Made by a program: the position numbers and the translations under genes. Positions 10,818 through 22,056 of a stretch of DNA of 64,000 nucleotides are shown here, piece by piece; the first letter of the stretch is position 1, and every line of letters starts with the position of its first letter. The notes beneath the pieces are model-generated. The model made no database searches and was not told where the DNA came from. It saw nothing but the letters and a program-made list of their open reading frames with translations. Source of the stretch: Diplonema japonicum (Eukaryota > Protista > Euglenozoa: Diplonemea); NCBI GenBank assembly GCA_964019335.1, contig OZ025692.1:372001-436000 (forward strand), written 5' to 3'.

Positions 10818-11255
10818 CTCCCTCGACCCTCTCCCCTCTTCTTTTCGTGGTTTTTTTTTTTGTTTTTTTTTTTAGCGGAAAGGTTTTTTTTTTGGGGGGG
10901 GAATGATTCTGGGGTGTGGGGAGCTGGAAGGAAAAAAAAAAAAAAGAAGAAAAACAGATGAAATAAAGTAGGAAAGTTGTTTTTTTTTTATTTCATTACT
11001 ATCGTTGTTTTTTTTTCCTTTTTTTTCTTCTTCTTTTTTTTTTTTTTTTCGGGTGTCGTTTTAATACCTTTTAGGCTTTTTAGGGGGGAAAAACAAAAAA
11101 AAAAGGGTGCTTCCTGGGGGGTTATGGGCACTCCTTCCTTTTTTTTTTCACTGCTCCTCATGAACCAAAAAAAAAAAAAAAAAAAAAAAAAAAAACACTT
11201 TTTCCAAAAAAAAAAACTTCTGACGTTTGTTATATCTCTCATGTCTCACCCGTTT

Positions 11256-12017
11256 CTAACGAACAAGGACGGATTTGAGCTCAGAGGTCACGGGACCGGC
11301 AGAGGTGGTGAAGGGAGCATCCTTCCAGCAGGCAATGCCCTCAGCGTTGGTGTTGAGGGGCTCGATAAGCGCGTCCTTCTTTTTCTTGTGGATCTCATCA
11401 ACAGCTTCGCGGGTGTCAGGAGAAGGAGAATACCCTTTGAAGGAAATTCGCTCGCCGATCTTTGCACCAGCAGGCACATCGAGCACCTTTACGGTGGACT
11501 TGTCAGCAGGTGACGCGCACAGCACCATCCCGCATGACTCGACATCCCTCATTGCCTGCGGCTTCAGGTTGCACAGAACTGCAACAAGCTTCCCGTTCAG
11601 CTCGTCGGACTTGTAGTAGTTTCTCAGCCCGCTCACCACCGTCCTGGGAGGGCCACTGCCCACGTCAATTTTCTCCACGAATAGACTGTCGGCGTTTGGG
11701 TGGTCAGCGATTTCCATGATCTTCCCTACTCTGATGTCGAATGCTGATGCGTCCAGCTCCTGTTTTTTTTTTTTTTGAAAGGGGAGAGGGGGGGACACAC
11801 CACTTTGCCCTTCGGGGCCTTCTCCCCTTTCGATTGTTCCTTCATGGCCTTCTTCTTTGCTCTCTTCTCCTCAAGGCTCATCCCTCTCTCATCCGTCGCT
11901 TTCGTGTCCTTCTTCTCGTCCGCTTTCTTCACCGCAACGCCCGACAAACGCTGCTTCCTCGCCCAGTAGGACAGGTGGTTCATCTTTGCCTTGCCCTCGG
12001 GGATGAGGAGCATTTCT

Positions 12018-12068
<51 letters not shown>

Positions 12069-13728
12069 GTTTAGCCATACTGTGGTGCGGTGTAACAGCG
12101 TCGCAGATGAAGTAGCCCCGTCTCTCGAATTGAACGACGTCGCCGACCTTGATGTCACTGACGGCCTCCTCGCCCCAGCACATGGTCACGCCTTTGGTGT
12201 CCTTGTTGATGATCTCCTCGATGTTGCGCTCGGGGTCGGGCTTCACGGCGGTGATGAGGTGCTCGAACTCTTGAAGCTCGACGGGGACCTTGTTCTCAGG
12301 GCAGTCGGCAAGCCATGTCAGTTTTTTCGTTTTCTTGAAGTCTCCCTCCAGGTGCAGCTTTGCCGTTGCGCTCTTCACCCTCTCGACGCCCTCCGTGCTG
12401 CGCTCGATCTTCGCCGGGATGATGTTCCCCCAGTCCATCAGGGTGAACTCCTCACCATCCTTCACAAGAACCATGTCCTCCTCCTCCACCAACACGGAAG
12501 TGTCCTGCCACACCCTCTTCTTCCCAAGCACCGGGTTTTTCTTGTGCAGCAGTTTCTCAGATGATGATTTCGCTGGTGCGCCATCGATGGCGATCTTCAC
12601 AGATCCCTCCTGGGGCACGCATGTGTATCTCCTGCAAGGAGAGTTCTCAGTTGGGTCGATCTCGTTCCTGTTGAGGTTCCACAGAAGCCCCCACTCCTGG
12701 AAGTTGTTCGCCCGCGACATTCCCTGCCCGATGATGAACTTCTTCAAGGCCTCGACGGTGAGCCCCCTACGGAGGAGGCCCTTCACGGTGGGGAACCTCG
12801 GGTCGTTCCAACCATCGACCATCTTGTCGTCAACGAACTTGGTGAGCTTACGCTTCGACATGACGGTGAACTCCATGTTTAGTCTGCTGAAGTCCTCGAT
12901 GAATGGCTTCCTGAGGTTGAGGGCATCGCAGATCCAGTGGTACTGCGGGTTACGGTCGTTGTACTCAGAAGTTCGGAGAGCGTGGGTTACACCGTCAAGG
13001 GAGTCAACAATGGGGCAGGCGAAATCGTATGTTGGGTACACTTTGTACTTGTCGCCAGTGCGAACATGCGGATGGTCGACAGCACGGTAGAGGACAGGGT
13101 CGCGGAGGCATTTGTTAGGGTCGTCAACGGACATCTTGGCACGGACAACAAGACCCTCACCGGAACCGCTCTTCATTTTCTCCCACATGGCAATGTTCTC
13201 TTCGACACTGTTGTTTCTACGCTTTGAGGCGATCCCCTCCATGCGCTCCTCACGGATCTGTTCCTTCTCGGTGTCGTCAACGTAGGCAGTCCCATCCTTC
13301 AACATCTTCTCCATGAGGGCAAACATCTCGTCGAAACGGTCGGATGTGTAGGTGATCTTGTCGATGGCGATCCCAAGTGATAGTGTGTCCTCCACGATGG
13401 CCTTCTCGTAGGCAGCGTCTTCCTTCTTCGGGTTGGTGTCGTCGAACCTGAACACCATCCTGCCCTCGTACTTCACTGACAGTAGGTAGTTGGTGAGAGC
13501 TGCCTTGGCGTGACCAATGTGCATGAACCCTGAAGCCTCGGGGGGGAACCTTGTTACCACCTTTCCTTGTTCGGCATTTGTCAGGACGAACTTGTCGTCG
13601 TCTGACTTGTTTTCCCTCACCTTCTTCTCCTTCTTCGCGGGGCCGGTCTTTGCCTTCTCCTCTGTCAGAACCTTCAGCCTTGCCTCCTCGGTGGCGAGCT
13701 CCTTCTCAAGCTTCGAAACGTTGCTCAT
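11256..13728 (-). CDS. EARS: Cytosolic-type glutamyl-tRNA synthetase with C-terminal Arc1p/EMAP-II-like tRNA-binding (OB-fold) domain
   Basis: VTRFPPEASGFMHIGH, YPTYDFACP, VMSKR, QFERRGYF. Introns 12016-12080 and 11760-11800 give one continuous frame through IPEGK into DIRVGKI..HPNADSL..RTVVSGL..NLKPQAMR..S.GMVLCA. Confidence 0.92.
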
Positions 13729-13943
13729 TCTTGATGATAAATACCCCACCTGGCGTGTTGTTGTTGTTGTGTTAAAACTGCCCAGCGCAATGCTACGGCC
13801 TGCTCGGGACACCAACCTTCTAATCGTGTTTTTTTTTGTTGTTGTTGTTCGTCCCTTTTTCTTTTTATTTCGTTCGGGATCCGCTTACAATGAAAGAAAT
13901 AATATGAAAAAAAAAAAAAAAAAAAAAGCACAATTTTGCTTTT

Positions 13944-14618
13944 TTATGTCCGTTTGCCTTCAATAAGGACAATATCGTCGTCAGGGCAGGCTTCCCATTC
14001 AACTGGTGTCACTGTGAAGGTCCAAGAATTCTCTGTTAAAATCTTCTTGAAGCCTTCAAAAGCGGAATCAACAGTCTCCTTCTCAGGACCGCGAGGAGTA
14101 GAGACGAGCGTGTACCTAAGCTGGTGGGTAATGTAGAACGAACCAGTGGGAGAGAGGTGGTTATCGATGGCTTTGAGAAGAAGCGGGGGGATCTGAGAGG
14201 TGAATATTAGATCTGCACCAATAACAATATCATATAAAGCGGACGAAACGGGCGGTGTGCTCCAGTCAAGGTGTTCTACGGAGATGCGCTGTTGAGGTAG
14301 CTCGTTCAGCGAAAAGAAATTGCGCTCCATTACTTTCAAGGCTACCGGGTTGTACTCAGTTGCAGTAACACAGTCCGCTCCTTGCTGTGTGCATGCTATG
14401 GCAGCGGTGCCTACTCCGGCTCCTATTTCCATTACTTTCAAGCCTTTTACTTGTATTCTCTCTTCTAGTATGAGTCTCACCAACGCCCAACCCCCTTCCC
14501 ACACCTGCAAACTCATCCCGTCAAAATCTACTTCCGCGTCGTACTCCTGGCCGTCTCGCACCATTACGGCGATCCCTTCTCTTTCGATGGTTTTGAATCT
14601 TGGGTCGTTTTCGAGCAT
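13944..14618 (-). CDS. SAM-dependent protein methyltransferase (METTL21/Methyltransf_16-like)
   Basis: VWEGG, VMEIGAGVG, ATEY, LDW and IIGADLIF-type motifs. Start MLENDPRF at 14618. Confidence 0.85.
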   Translation of the reverse strand: MLENDPRFKTIEREGIAVMVRDGQEYDAEVDFDGMSLQVWEGGWALVRLILEERIQVKGLKVMEIGAGVGTAAIACTQQGADCVTATEYNPVALKVMERNFFSLNELPQQRISVEHLDWSTPPVSSALYDIVIGADLIFTSQIPPLLLKAIDNHLSPTGSFYITHQLRYTLVSTPRGPEKETVDSAFEGFKKILTENSWTFTVTPVEWEACPDDDIVLIEGKRT

Positions 14619-14691
14619 TTTTTTTTCTTTCCTCTCTCTTTTTTTTTTTCTCCCCCGCCTATTGTGAAATGAAACCAAAAGGTGAACGCAA

Positions 14692-14734
<43 letters not shown>
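14692..14734 (-). promoter_or_regulatory. Putative trans-splice acceptor (poly-U tract immediately followed by AG)
   Basis: The sense strand reads a ~40-nt T run then AG (14693-14692), 74 nt upstream of the methyltransferase ATG. Similar Y-tract+AG signals lie upstream of ATGs at 897, 8580, 16573 and 20864. Confidence 0.55.
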
Positions 14735-14741
<7 letters not shown>

Positions 14742-14836
14742 GGGAAAGAAGAAAAGAAAAAGGAACAAGTGAGGAACATGAAGAGAAAAGAAGAAAAAAA
14801 AAAGGAAGAAGAAAAAAAAAAAACCCATAATAATTG

Positions 14837-14877
<41 letters not shown>

Positions 14878-15012
14878 CAAACACTATTTTTTTTCTCTCG
14901 CGTGAAATCTGTATCTGGTTCCCCTCTCCTTTGATGTACAAAAATAATCTTCATGGAAATAAAGACGAGCAAGAGGGAAGGAGGGGGCATTTCTGCTTTA
15001 GCTTTAAGTCTT

Positions 15013-16573
15013 CTAGGTCCTGGCGATCCCGACTTGCAGGCACCCCATGTTCCTCTGGTGCTTTTCAACAATCTGCTTGTCCAACTCAAGGAGGTGGCTT
15101 TTAGCGGCCTGCTTCTTCTCCAGCTTTGCAGCCTGCTCCAGTTCGATGGAGTTTTGGATTTCCCTTTCCTGGGAGCGCCTGAACTCTTTTTCCTCTTCTC
15201 TCACTTTAAGTTTGAGGTCCGCTTTTAGCTTTAACTGCTGTCCGAGGGTGTCGATGAACTCTTTCTTTCGTTCTTCCGCTTGGTACTTTCTTCTAGCTTC
15301 GAGGCGGGCCCTGTCTGTATCGATGGCTTTGACCTCATGTTCCACCTTCGCTTCCTGGTCACGTTGCTTTGCAAGGCGCTTGTGGTGTAGTTCAAAAAAG
15401 AAATCATTTCCGGGCATTTTTTTTTCGGCTCGCTTCAAGATTTGCATCCTGCTTTGTTCCTGCTTTTCAAGTAGGGATGCATGCTCCTTTAAGATCTCCT
15501 TATCCTTGACCTTCTCTTCCTCCAGCTCTTTCCTCTTTTTGTCTAGTTCAGACCTATTGAATTCCATAAAGACTCTGTACTCCTTTGTGTTTGCCATTTT
15601 TTTGTTCGCCTCGCATTTCATTTGCTGGAGTTCTTCTTGTTCCAGCCTTCTGCGGTATGCAAGCTCTTCTTGTTTGCTTTGCTCGTCCTTCATTTTCTTT
15701 GCCTCCCTCTCCTCCTCCAGCTTTGTTATCCGCTCGGCCTTCTCGCGAGCGAGAAAACTCCGTTTTCTTTTCATCTTGTCCGATTCTTCTTTGTGCCACT
15801 GTTCTCTTCTTTTGAACTCTTCTTCAGCGTATTGTTTTTCCGTCCGCTTTGTCTGCTCTTTGATGCGATTGTTGTGTTGCACTTGGTCGTCGAGAGACTG
15901 TTTGCACATTTGCATCTTTTCCTTGTGCAGCTCCTTATTCGATTTTTGCTCCCTTGCGAATTTTCCCATGTCGTCGGTTATCGCCTTGTGCCAGGCCGCG
16001 TCAGATATGAGCATCTCCCTTCTACGCACGACTGCAGGCTTCGTGCTCTTCGATATGGTGTTGTCTGTCAGCAACAGCGTTGATGCCTTTTTTTTTCTTT
16101 TTTTTTTTCTTTTTTTTTTTTTTTTTTGGTTTGTTTTGTTTCCCCCCATACATGTTGGCTAGCAATACTTTTCGGGGTCGATACCCGACTTGGTGCGTAC
16201 GACTCGATGGGGGGCAAACTTTGTTAAAAGTTTAAGTTAAAAGTTTCCCCCCCCCCCCCCCCCCCCTCTCCCTTCTGTTGACACACCAGTCCTCGATTAC
16301 AGGTGGCGGGGCAGACTCCGATCGGACAGACTGCTCCACAAGTATCTTCCTCAGCTTAACGGCCAGCGTGCATATATGGGTGTCGGTGACATTACCCATG
16401 TCCAGCCTTTCGTTGACAAGAGACTCGATCTGCTCGAGGTGCTCCCTCTGCGGCTGTGGCACGTCCACCCTCCCCTGCATGCACCGAGAGACGATCAAGG
16501 TCATGATGTTCCTTTTCATTTTCTGCTTCCGAGCCTCCGATTTCTCCTTCGAGTCCACGCTGACTGTGGACAT
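15013..16573 (-). CDS. Long charged coiled-coil protein (trichoplein/CFAP-like), 3 exons
   Basis: Exons 16573-16287, 16218-16152 and 16086-15013 are joined in frame by introns 16219-16286 and 16087-16151. The product is an E/K/R/Q-rich helix. Confidence 0.7.
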
Positions 16574-16668
16574 TTCAACTCTCCCCCCCTTTTCTTTTTT
16601 TTTTTCCCCTGCCCCTCTGTAAAAAAAAAAAAAAAAGAAGGAACAAAAAAAAAAAAAAAAGTTCAAAG

Positions 16669-17586
16669 TTAACACCATGGTGTTTTCGAAATGACACCCA
16701 GCCTGATTAGCCCCGACAAGGTTTCTACTCCTTCCGATGTGATGTCAGCTTCTAGAGGTTCCACGGGGGATGGTGGGATCTCTGAAACAGGGTTTAGAGC
16801 AATGTCGGGCTTCAGCCCCTTATGAACAGACCACAGCCCTGTTGCGATCTCACGATCAAGAGAGAAAGACGTCCATGTTGTATGAGACTGAGTTGCAAGG
16901 TGGGGTAGGATGAGAGATGGTGACCCGCCTATGTAAAGACCTCGAGACAGCCTGCGTCGACCGGGAGTGCTTGCGTCCGTGTGCACGAGGTAGTGCCCTT
17001 CGTGTGGCCCTCCGTTGGGAAGCCGGTTTATCATAAGTCCTATGGCGGCATCACTGGCTTGTTCCAGAATGAGGATCCTAACTGGCGGACGCCCCAGCCC
17101 GAGAGGCCATCCTAATCTCTTATCAGGAACTACGTTGGATACCAGGACGGTGCCAGACTTGAGCCGTTGTGGCTTGGTCGTGTTTGATACGAACTTTCGC
17201 AAGGGTTCGCTTGTCTCTGGGTCTTCTCCTGTCACCTTTATCATGTATTTGTATGCGGTGCTCTTTTCCCGCTCTTCGGCGGTTTCGCAGTTTTTCCGGG
17301 CTTGTTTGACTTTTTCGTTCGTGCTCTCCCAAAACCCTTGGTATGCCCTGTCTGCCGGGGCTGCGTCATGGCCCCCCTCCACCCCTTCCTTCGCCTTCTC
17401 GTACGCTATTTTTATCTCCTTAAACCTTTCCACGTCGCCTCCCATGTCCGGGTGGTTCTTCTTGGCGAGTTCAAGATACCTTGTCTTCACCTCTTCCCTT
17501 GTAACGGAGGTGCCCTCTTCAAAACCAAGCACTGTGAAAGGGTTGGGGAGGGGGCTGCAATACCATCGTTTGGTCAGTTTTTTCAT
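16669..17586 (-). CDS. J-domain (DnaJ) protein fused to a YqgE/AlgH (DUF179)-like domain
   Basis: NPFTVLG..YLELAKKNHPDMGGD..FKEIKIAYE. C-terminal ILILEQ..AIGLMINR..GGP..GLYIGG..W..LDREIATGLW. Short basic N-terminus. Confidence 0.8.
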   Translation of the reverse strand: MKKLTKRWYCSPLPNPFTVLGFEEGTSVTREEVKTRYLELAKKNHPDMGGDVERFKEIKIAYEKAKEGVEGGHDAAPADRAYQGFWESTNEKVKQARKNCETAEEREKSTAYKYMIKVTGEDPETSEPLRKFVSNTTKPQRLKSGTVLVSNVVPDKRLGWPLGLGRPPVRILILEQASDAAIGLMINRLPNGGPHEGHYLVHTDASTPGRRRLSRGLYIGGSPSLILPHLATQSHTTWTSFSLDREIATGLWSVHKGLKPDIALNPVSEIPPSPVEPLEADITSEGVETLSGLIRLGVISKTPWC

Positions 17587-18281
17587 TGACCCCCCCCCCC
17601 CCCCCCCCCTCCTTTACCCCCCCTCCTTTTTTCCTTTTTTACCCCCTCCCTTTTTTTTCTTTTTCATTTCTTTCTTTTTCTTTTAAAAAACGGGCAAAGC
17701 AAAAAAGACGCTAAAAACGGCAGAGAGGTACCGCATAGTGTCTAGAAAGGAGTAGCGACCGCGGAGTACCTTGCCCAGGAAGGGAACTCGCACTGCGGCA
17801 TCGGCCGGAAGGTGCAGCAGTGGGGCTGGAGTAGCGGAAGGGTGAAACCCACGAGGGGCATTTCAGAAGGGGCTGAGCCCTGGGCGAGAGGACTGGAGGG
17901 AGCCCCCAACCAAGTGCCGGTGAACACATACCTGCCTGGTGTTGAACAGCAAAGCACACAGATTGAAGATGGTATTCGAAAAGGATAGAGGGGCACGTTT
18001 CCACGTCCCCCCCCCCAGTCGTGGCAGTGCTGGAAGGTGAGGTGCGGTACAAGTGGACCCACCATCCCTGCAGACTCGAGAAAACCAAGGCAACGAAAAC
18101 GTGCCGCTCCTCCTTGGCGCCACCCCTACGACAACAGTAAACTAATCCAGACAGACACCGCAACAGCACAACGACCCGAAGAAGAAGAAAAAAAAAAAGC
18201 GAATCAAAATGAGTCAATAAGAATAACCATACAAAATGAGGTGTGGAAACACCCCCCCAAAAAAAAGATTTCTTTCTCTTT

Positions 18282-20864
18282 TTAAAGAGCGGGAAAGTGG
18301 ACTTCCCATGCCTCTTTCAAAGCGATAGACTTGCCCACGCACACAGAAGTACACGGGGGCAGAGGCGGCCTTCGGGGAGAGGGCCGGTGCTGTTTAGTAG
18401 AACGTTTCGTAGTGGGCGGCTTGGGGACAGGTTCTGGTATCAGAGACACAGGTGAGGCTGGCGGGATGTCGTTATATTTATCTTTATCAACCCGAGGTCT
18501 GGATGGGAATTTTTGCACTATATTAGACAGAATACATGTGGCTCTTACGGCTTGGGTGTGAGACACAACCAAAAGGATGGCCACAGCAGATACAACTGCT
18601 GCCCGGTGCACAACCCTATAGGGTTTCTTTTGATGTCCTTCCCAACCAAAACTGGACATCAGAAGAAACGCTGCGTAAGGGACACCATCTATTTTGACCT
18701 CGTCGTCTCTGAACTTATCGAACGGTGATTCATTGGGAAGGGGTTCGGAGCTACCTAGCTTGCTATACCACGTAGGACGTGGGTTCGCTATCTTGTGGGC
18801 CCGTCTGTTCCTTCTGTCGGTTTCTGGTTTTTGCTGTTCCCGCCAAATCGTTATCCGTTTATCCAAATCTGCGTCCAGCGTGGTAAGCCGGGTTGGGTTA
18901 ACCAACAACGGTCCAACCGAGACTGGGTTTTTTGTAACCTTTTCGCATGATGAGGACAGCACGGGGGAATGTTCCTCCGCTTCTTCGGAACAACTAATAC
19001 TCTCCGTCAAGAAACTGTCCGCGTCGTCGTCCTGCGCTTTCTCCAACGATTTCGGGGCGAGATACTTCCACGTTTCCATGATTTTCGCGGCCCTCGTTTT
19101 CAACACAGGAAGCTGCAATCTTATTAAGAAATCCGGCATCGAATCGGGGAGCATGAAAAACTCCCTTACCATTGCGTAACCGTGCCAGATCTTTCGTGTA
19201 GCAAGACGAGGGAGTTCCATGTCATCGTCCAGCAGGGCTCTGGTGTTGTCGATCAATGTTTCGATGACGCTTTCCAGTAGAACACAGTCGCGAACTGTTA
19301 GGTCTAGTTTGGCTGTTCCATCTGTTTTTTTTTCACGGCGTTCCACACGGCGGAGCCAAGCTGGGTCGGACGACAGGTTTTTCAAACGTTGCTTCTCCCA
19401 AGAAAGGTGGGCCAGTGTTGTTACCGACGCCCGGCCTTCCCTGTTGAACATCTTGTGCCATTTGTTGTGCTTCGCCAGAAGGATCGCGTTGTCGATGAGC
19501 CCTGTTATAAGTTCCCCCACAGCTGTTTCCGCGTTGTGTCGCAGCCTGTCCTTCTCGGCTATCATGCGTACCCAGTTCCCTCGCCACGCAGATATCATCC
19601 TCCTCATGACGTTGTGCCGCTTCAAATGCGTCGGCTGCTTTTTTTTGAACTTGCCTGTGATCGACAGCAGCATGAGATCTTCTTTAATGTTTACCTCGTG
19701 AAACGCATTGAAGTACACAAGCTCCGACTCCGTGAGCTCTGAGCTGGACTTGAAATACAGGTCTCGGACCGTTTTGTAATTGTGCGTTTTCCCGTTCAGG
19801 GTGATGGGGTCCTGCATCACTCGTCCGTAGATCGGTTCTTTGAACTCGACCGGGATCTCCTGTCGTTCCTTGTCGAGGATTGCGACGAGCCACAAATCAA
19901 CTTCGAGCAACTTGGTGTCTGTCCGAACGTGCTTCAAATGAATTTCCGATGGGAGAAGCTCTTCGTCGGGGAGGTTCGTGTTCACAATGTTTGGCCTCAA
20001 CCGGGCTTTACTACCAAACGTCGATAACACCTTTGTCTGCCGCCGTGATGATGAATCGGCCGAATCTGCCTGTTGGAAACTTGTTCCTTCTGAAAACAGA
20101 GAAGTGCGGTTAGGACGGTTTTTTATCGGCAAAGTGTTTGGTATAAGCGTGCTCTTAGGCACTGCCTCGTTATCGGGTAAGGCCTCGTCCGACTCTTCAC
20201 TTAAAGGTGCAGCATGTGACCAGTTCCTCTTACGTTCAACCAGCCTACAATGTTTCTTCACGTCCTGGTAGTACCCAAGACCCAGCTCCCCCGTCCCAAA
20301 GTACCAGCCGATTTTACGCCCGGCAAATGTGTCGGTTTTAATGAAATGTCTATATGTGTGTGCCCATGGGCGGAGGGTGACCACCACGTCCGACAAGATT
20401 ACAAAACAAGCCGCAATGCATGTTGTTCTTGTTCTACGGACATCGTGTCGGGCTCCGCTTAAGAGCCTGAAGTAGCGTGGGTGGGTGCGGTCAGGGAGCA
20501 GTTTGGCATCGTGTTTTATATCCTTCATTGAAAGCTCTTCTATGACATTGCAGTTGACTGCCGAGGGCGACGGTGGCTGTTTCGGTGTTCTTCTTGCCGA
20601 CAGGCTTGACGTGCTATTGGACTCGATCTGATGGATGTTCGCCGCCTTGCAGGCCAAGGATTCCAGCAAGCTCTGGATCCAAGCCATCTCCTTGGCGCTG
20701 CCCATCCCTCCTATGCCGACCCCGGGGGTCGTCACCCCGCTTCTCTGCAGCGCGCGGAAAATGTTCACCGCCAGATCATGGTACTCCCTTTGAGCAAGAA
20801 CATGCCCTGCTGTAACCCCGTCTTTCAACCCTGTCAGGAAATACTCTGCAGGCAGGATTTTCAT
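18282..20864 (-). CDS. Large hypothetical protein with degenerate U-box-like segment and F..G..GLGYY.D motif
   Basis: About 860-aa ORF from MKILPAEYF (20864). Contains EIPVEFKEPIYGRVMQDPITLNGKTH and FAGRKIGWYFGTGELGLGYYQD. Confidence 0.7.
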   Translation of the reverse strand: MKILPAEYFLTGLKDGVTAGHVLAQREYHDLAVNIFRALQRSGVTTPGVGIGGMGSAKEMAWIQSLLESLACKAANIHQIESNSTSSLSARRTPKQPPSPSAVNCNVIEELSMKDIKHDAKLLPDRTHPRYFRLLSGARHDVRRTRTTCIAACFVILSDVVVTLRPWAHTYRHFIKTDTFAGRKIGWYFGTGELGLGYYQDVKKHCRLVERKRNWSHAAPLSEESDEALPDNEAVPKSTLIPNTLPIKNRPNRTSLFSEGTSFQQADSADSSSRRQTKVLSTFGSKARLRPNIVNTNLPDEELLPSEIHLKHVRTDTKLLEVDLWLVAILDKERQEIPVEFKEPIYGRVMQDPITLNGKTHNYKTVRDLYFKSSSELTESELVYFNAFHEVNIKEDLMLLSITGKFKKKQPTHLKRHNVMRRMISAWRGNWVRMIAEKDRLRHNAETAVGELITGLIDNAILLAKHNKWHKMFNREGRASVTTLAHLSWEKQRLKNLSSDPAWLRRVERREKKTDGTAKLDLTVRDCVLLESVIETLIDNTRALLDDDMELPRLATRKIWHGYAMVREFFMLPDSMPDFLIRLQLPVLKTRAAKIMETWKYLAPKSLEKAQDDDADSFLTESISCSEEAEEHSPVLSSSCEKVTKNPVSVGPLLVNPTRLTTLDADLDKRITIWREQQKPETDRRNRRAHKIANPRPTWYSKLGSSEPLPNESPFDKFRDDEVKIDGVPYAAFLLMSSFGWEGHQKKPYRVVHRAAVVSAVAILLVVSHTQAVRATCILSNIVQKFPSRPRVDKDKYNDIPPASPVSLIPEPVPKPPTTKRSTKQHRPSPRRPPLPPCTSVCVGKSIALKEAWEVHFPAL

Positions 20865-20874
20865 TGTGTTATGG

Positions 20875-20908
<34 letters not shown>

Positions 20909-21029
20909 CTTTTTTCTGGGTTGGGATAGTTTCTCTTTTTTTTTTTTTTTTTTTCCAGCTACAAAAAGAAGAATGAAAAAAAAAAAAAAAAAAAAAAAAA
21001 AAAGACGACACACTGCCCAGATCATATAT

Positions 21030-22056
21030 GAGCTCGTCCGGACGAAAATGTCAACACTTTTTTGGGTACCTCCAAATTTCTTGTTTTGATTATTTGAGCA
21101 AAAAAAGGGCAGCATGCAACCATAGGAAGATGACATATATGGTGTACGTGACGCCGTTCTTTCAATTGCGATGCTTGTTTTGCCATGAGGGTGGCAGGCT
21201 TTGCAACCGGCTGCCCCCGGGAAGCGAAAAATAGACGTCAAAAAAACGGCGAAAAAAGTTTAAAATGCAATTTCATTGCTTAAAATGCAGCATCTAGGGT
21301 GCATAAAATTGGTGTTCAAGCGCACTTGTGACCCCTGGGTACAACCCGGGTCGGGTTACTGTTAAAAGTACTTAGCGAAAAATTTATGGCGCCGCATAGC
21401 CCCCGAAAATCCGGTTTTTTACACCCTATTTTTTGGCTTTTTCAAGGGGTTCCTAAGGGATTTTGACCTTTTTCAGAAAAACCAATTCTTAACACTTGCC
21501 TGCTCATGCAGAGCTTCGACATTGGTATCTTTGGGGTCATACTTTCATTCCCTACCCATCTGCTGAGGTTTTTCCTTTTCTTTTGCACTCATAATACTTT
21601 AAAAGTGAAAATTTTGCTTTTTCAAGGGGTTTTAAAGGGATTTTAGCCTTAAATAGGCCAAAATAGCACTTTAAGGGTAAGTTCTCCCCACCCCATTTTA
21701 ATAGTGATTTAGAGTCCAGCCCACCCAAAATGACCCCAAAGGTTTCACAGATTTTCAATCTGCATCCATTCCTCGTATCGCTTTTCACGGAAAAACGAAA
21801 ATAAAAAATGGAGTCTGGGTTATTTGTAACTTCCAAATTGAATCGTTTGCCAAAAACCATTCTAAAAAACATGTTTTTGCACGTGCGTTTTAAAAATAAA
21901 ACAAGCGGTGAGCATTTTGACCTATATGGTGTTCAAGCTTAGACTGCATTTCTGCACACAAAGTGGTGTCGGACTACTTTTTTACTTAGAAATTTAACGG
22001 GGGTTTTACGCCGCATAGGAGGGTCTTTTGTTGACATTTTTCTTCCGGACGAGCTC
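21030..22056. mobile_element. Non-autonomous TIR DNA transposon (~1.03 kb, Sola-like termini)
   Basis: Left end gagctcgtccggacgaaaatgtcaaca; right end tgttgacatttttcttccggacgagctc. Flanked by atat on both sides (21026-29, 22057-60). Internal direct repeats at ~21432-21470 and ~21612-21650. No long ORF. Confidence 0.88.

Noticed and set aside
11256-13815. Split ORFs read as frameshifted pseudogenes or programmed frameshifts (GluRS, RSP3, calpains, TrpRS)
   Set aside because: Each break is bounded by GT..AG, and removing the segment restores conserved sequence in the correct phase.
15047-16162. Long plus-strand ORFs (also 1482-2357, 12290-13090, 26031-26771, 42102-43097)
   Set aside because: Antisense shadows of well-supported minus-strand genes, with no recognisable motifs.
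17711-18217. GC-rich block with overlapping short ORFs in several frames
   Set aside because: No recognisable domain or typical start context; may be UTR or a decayed element, but cannot be supported either way.
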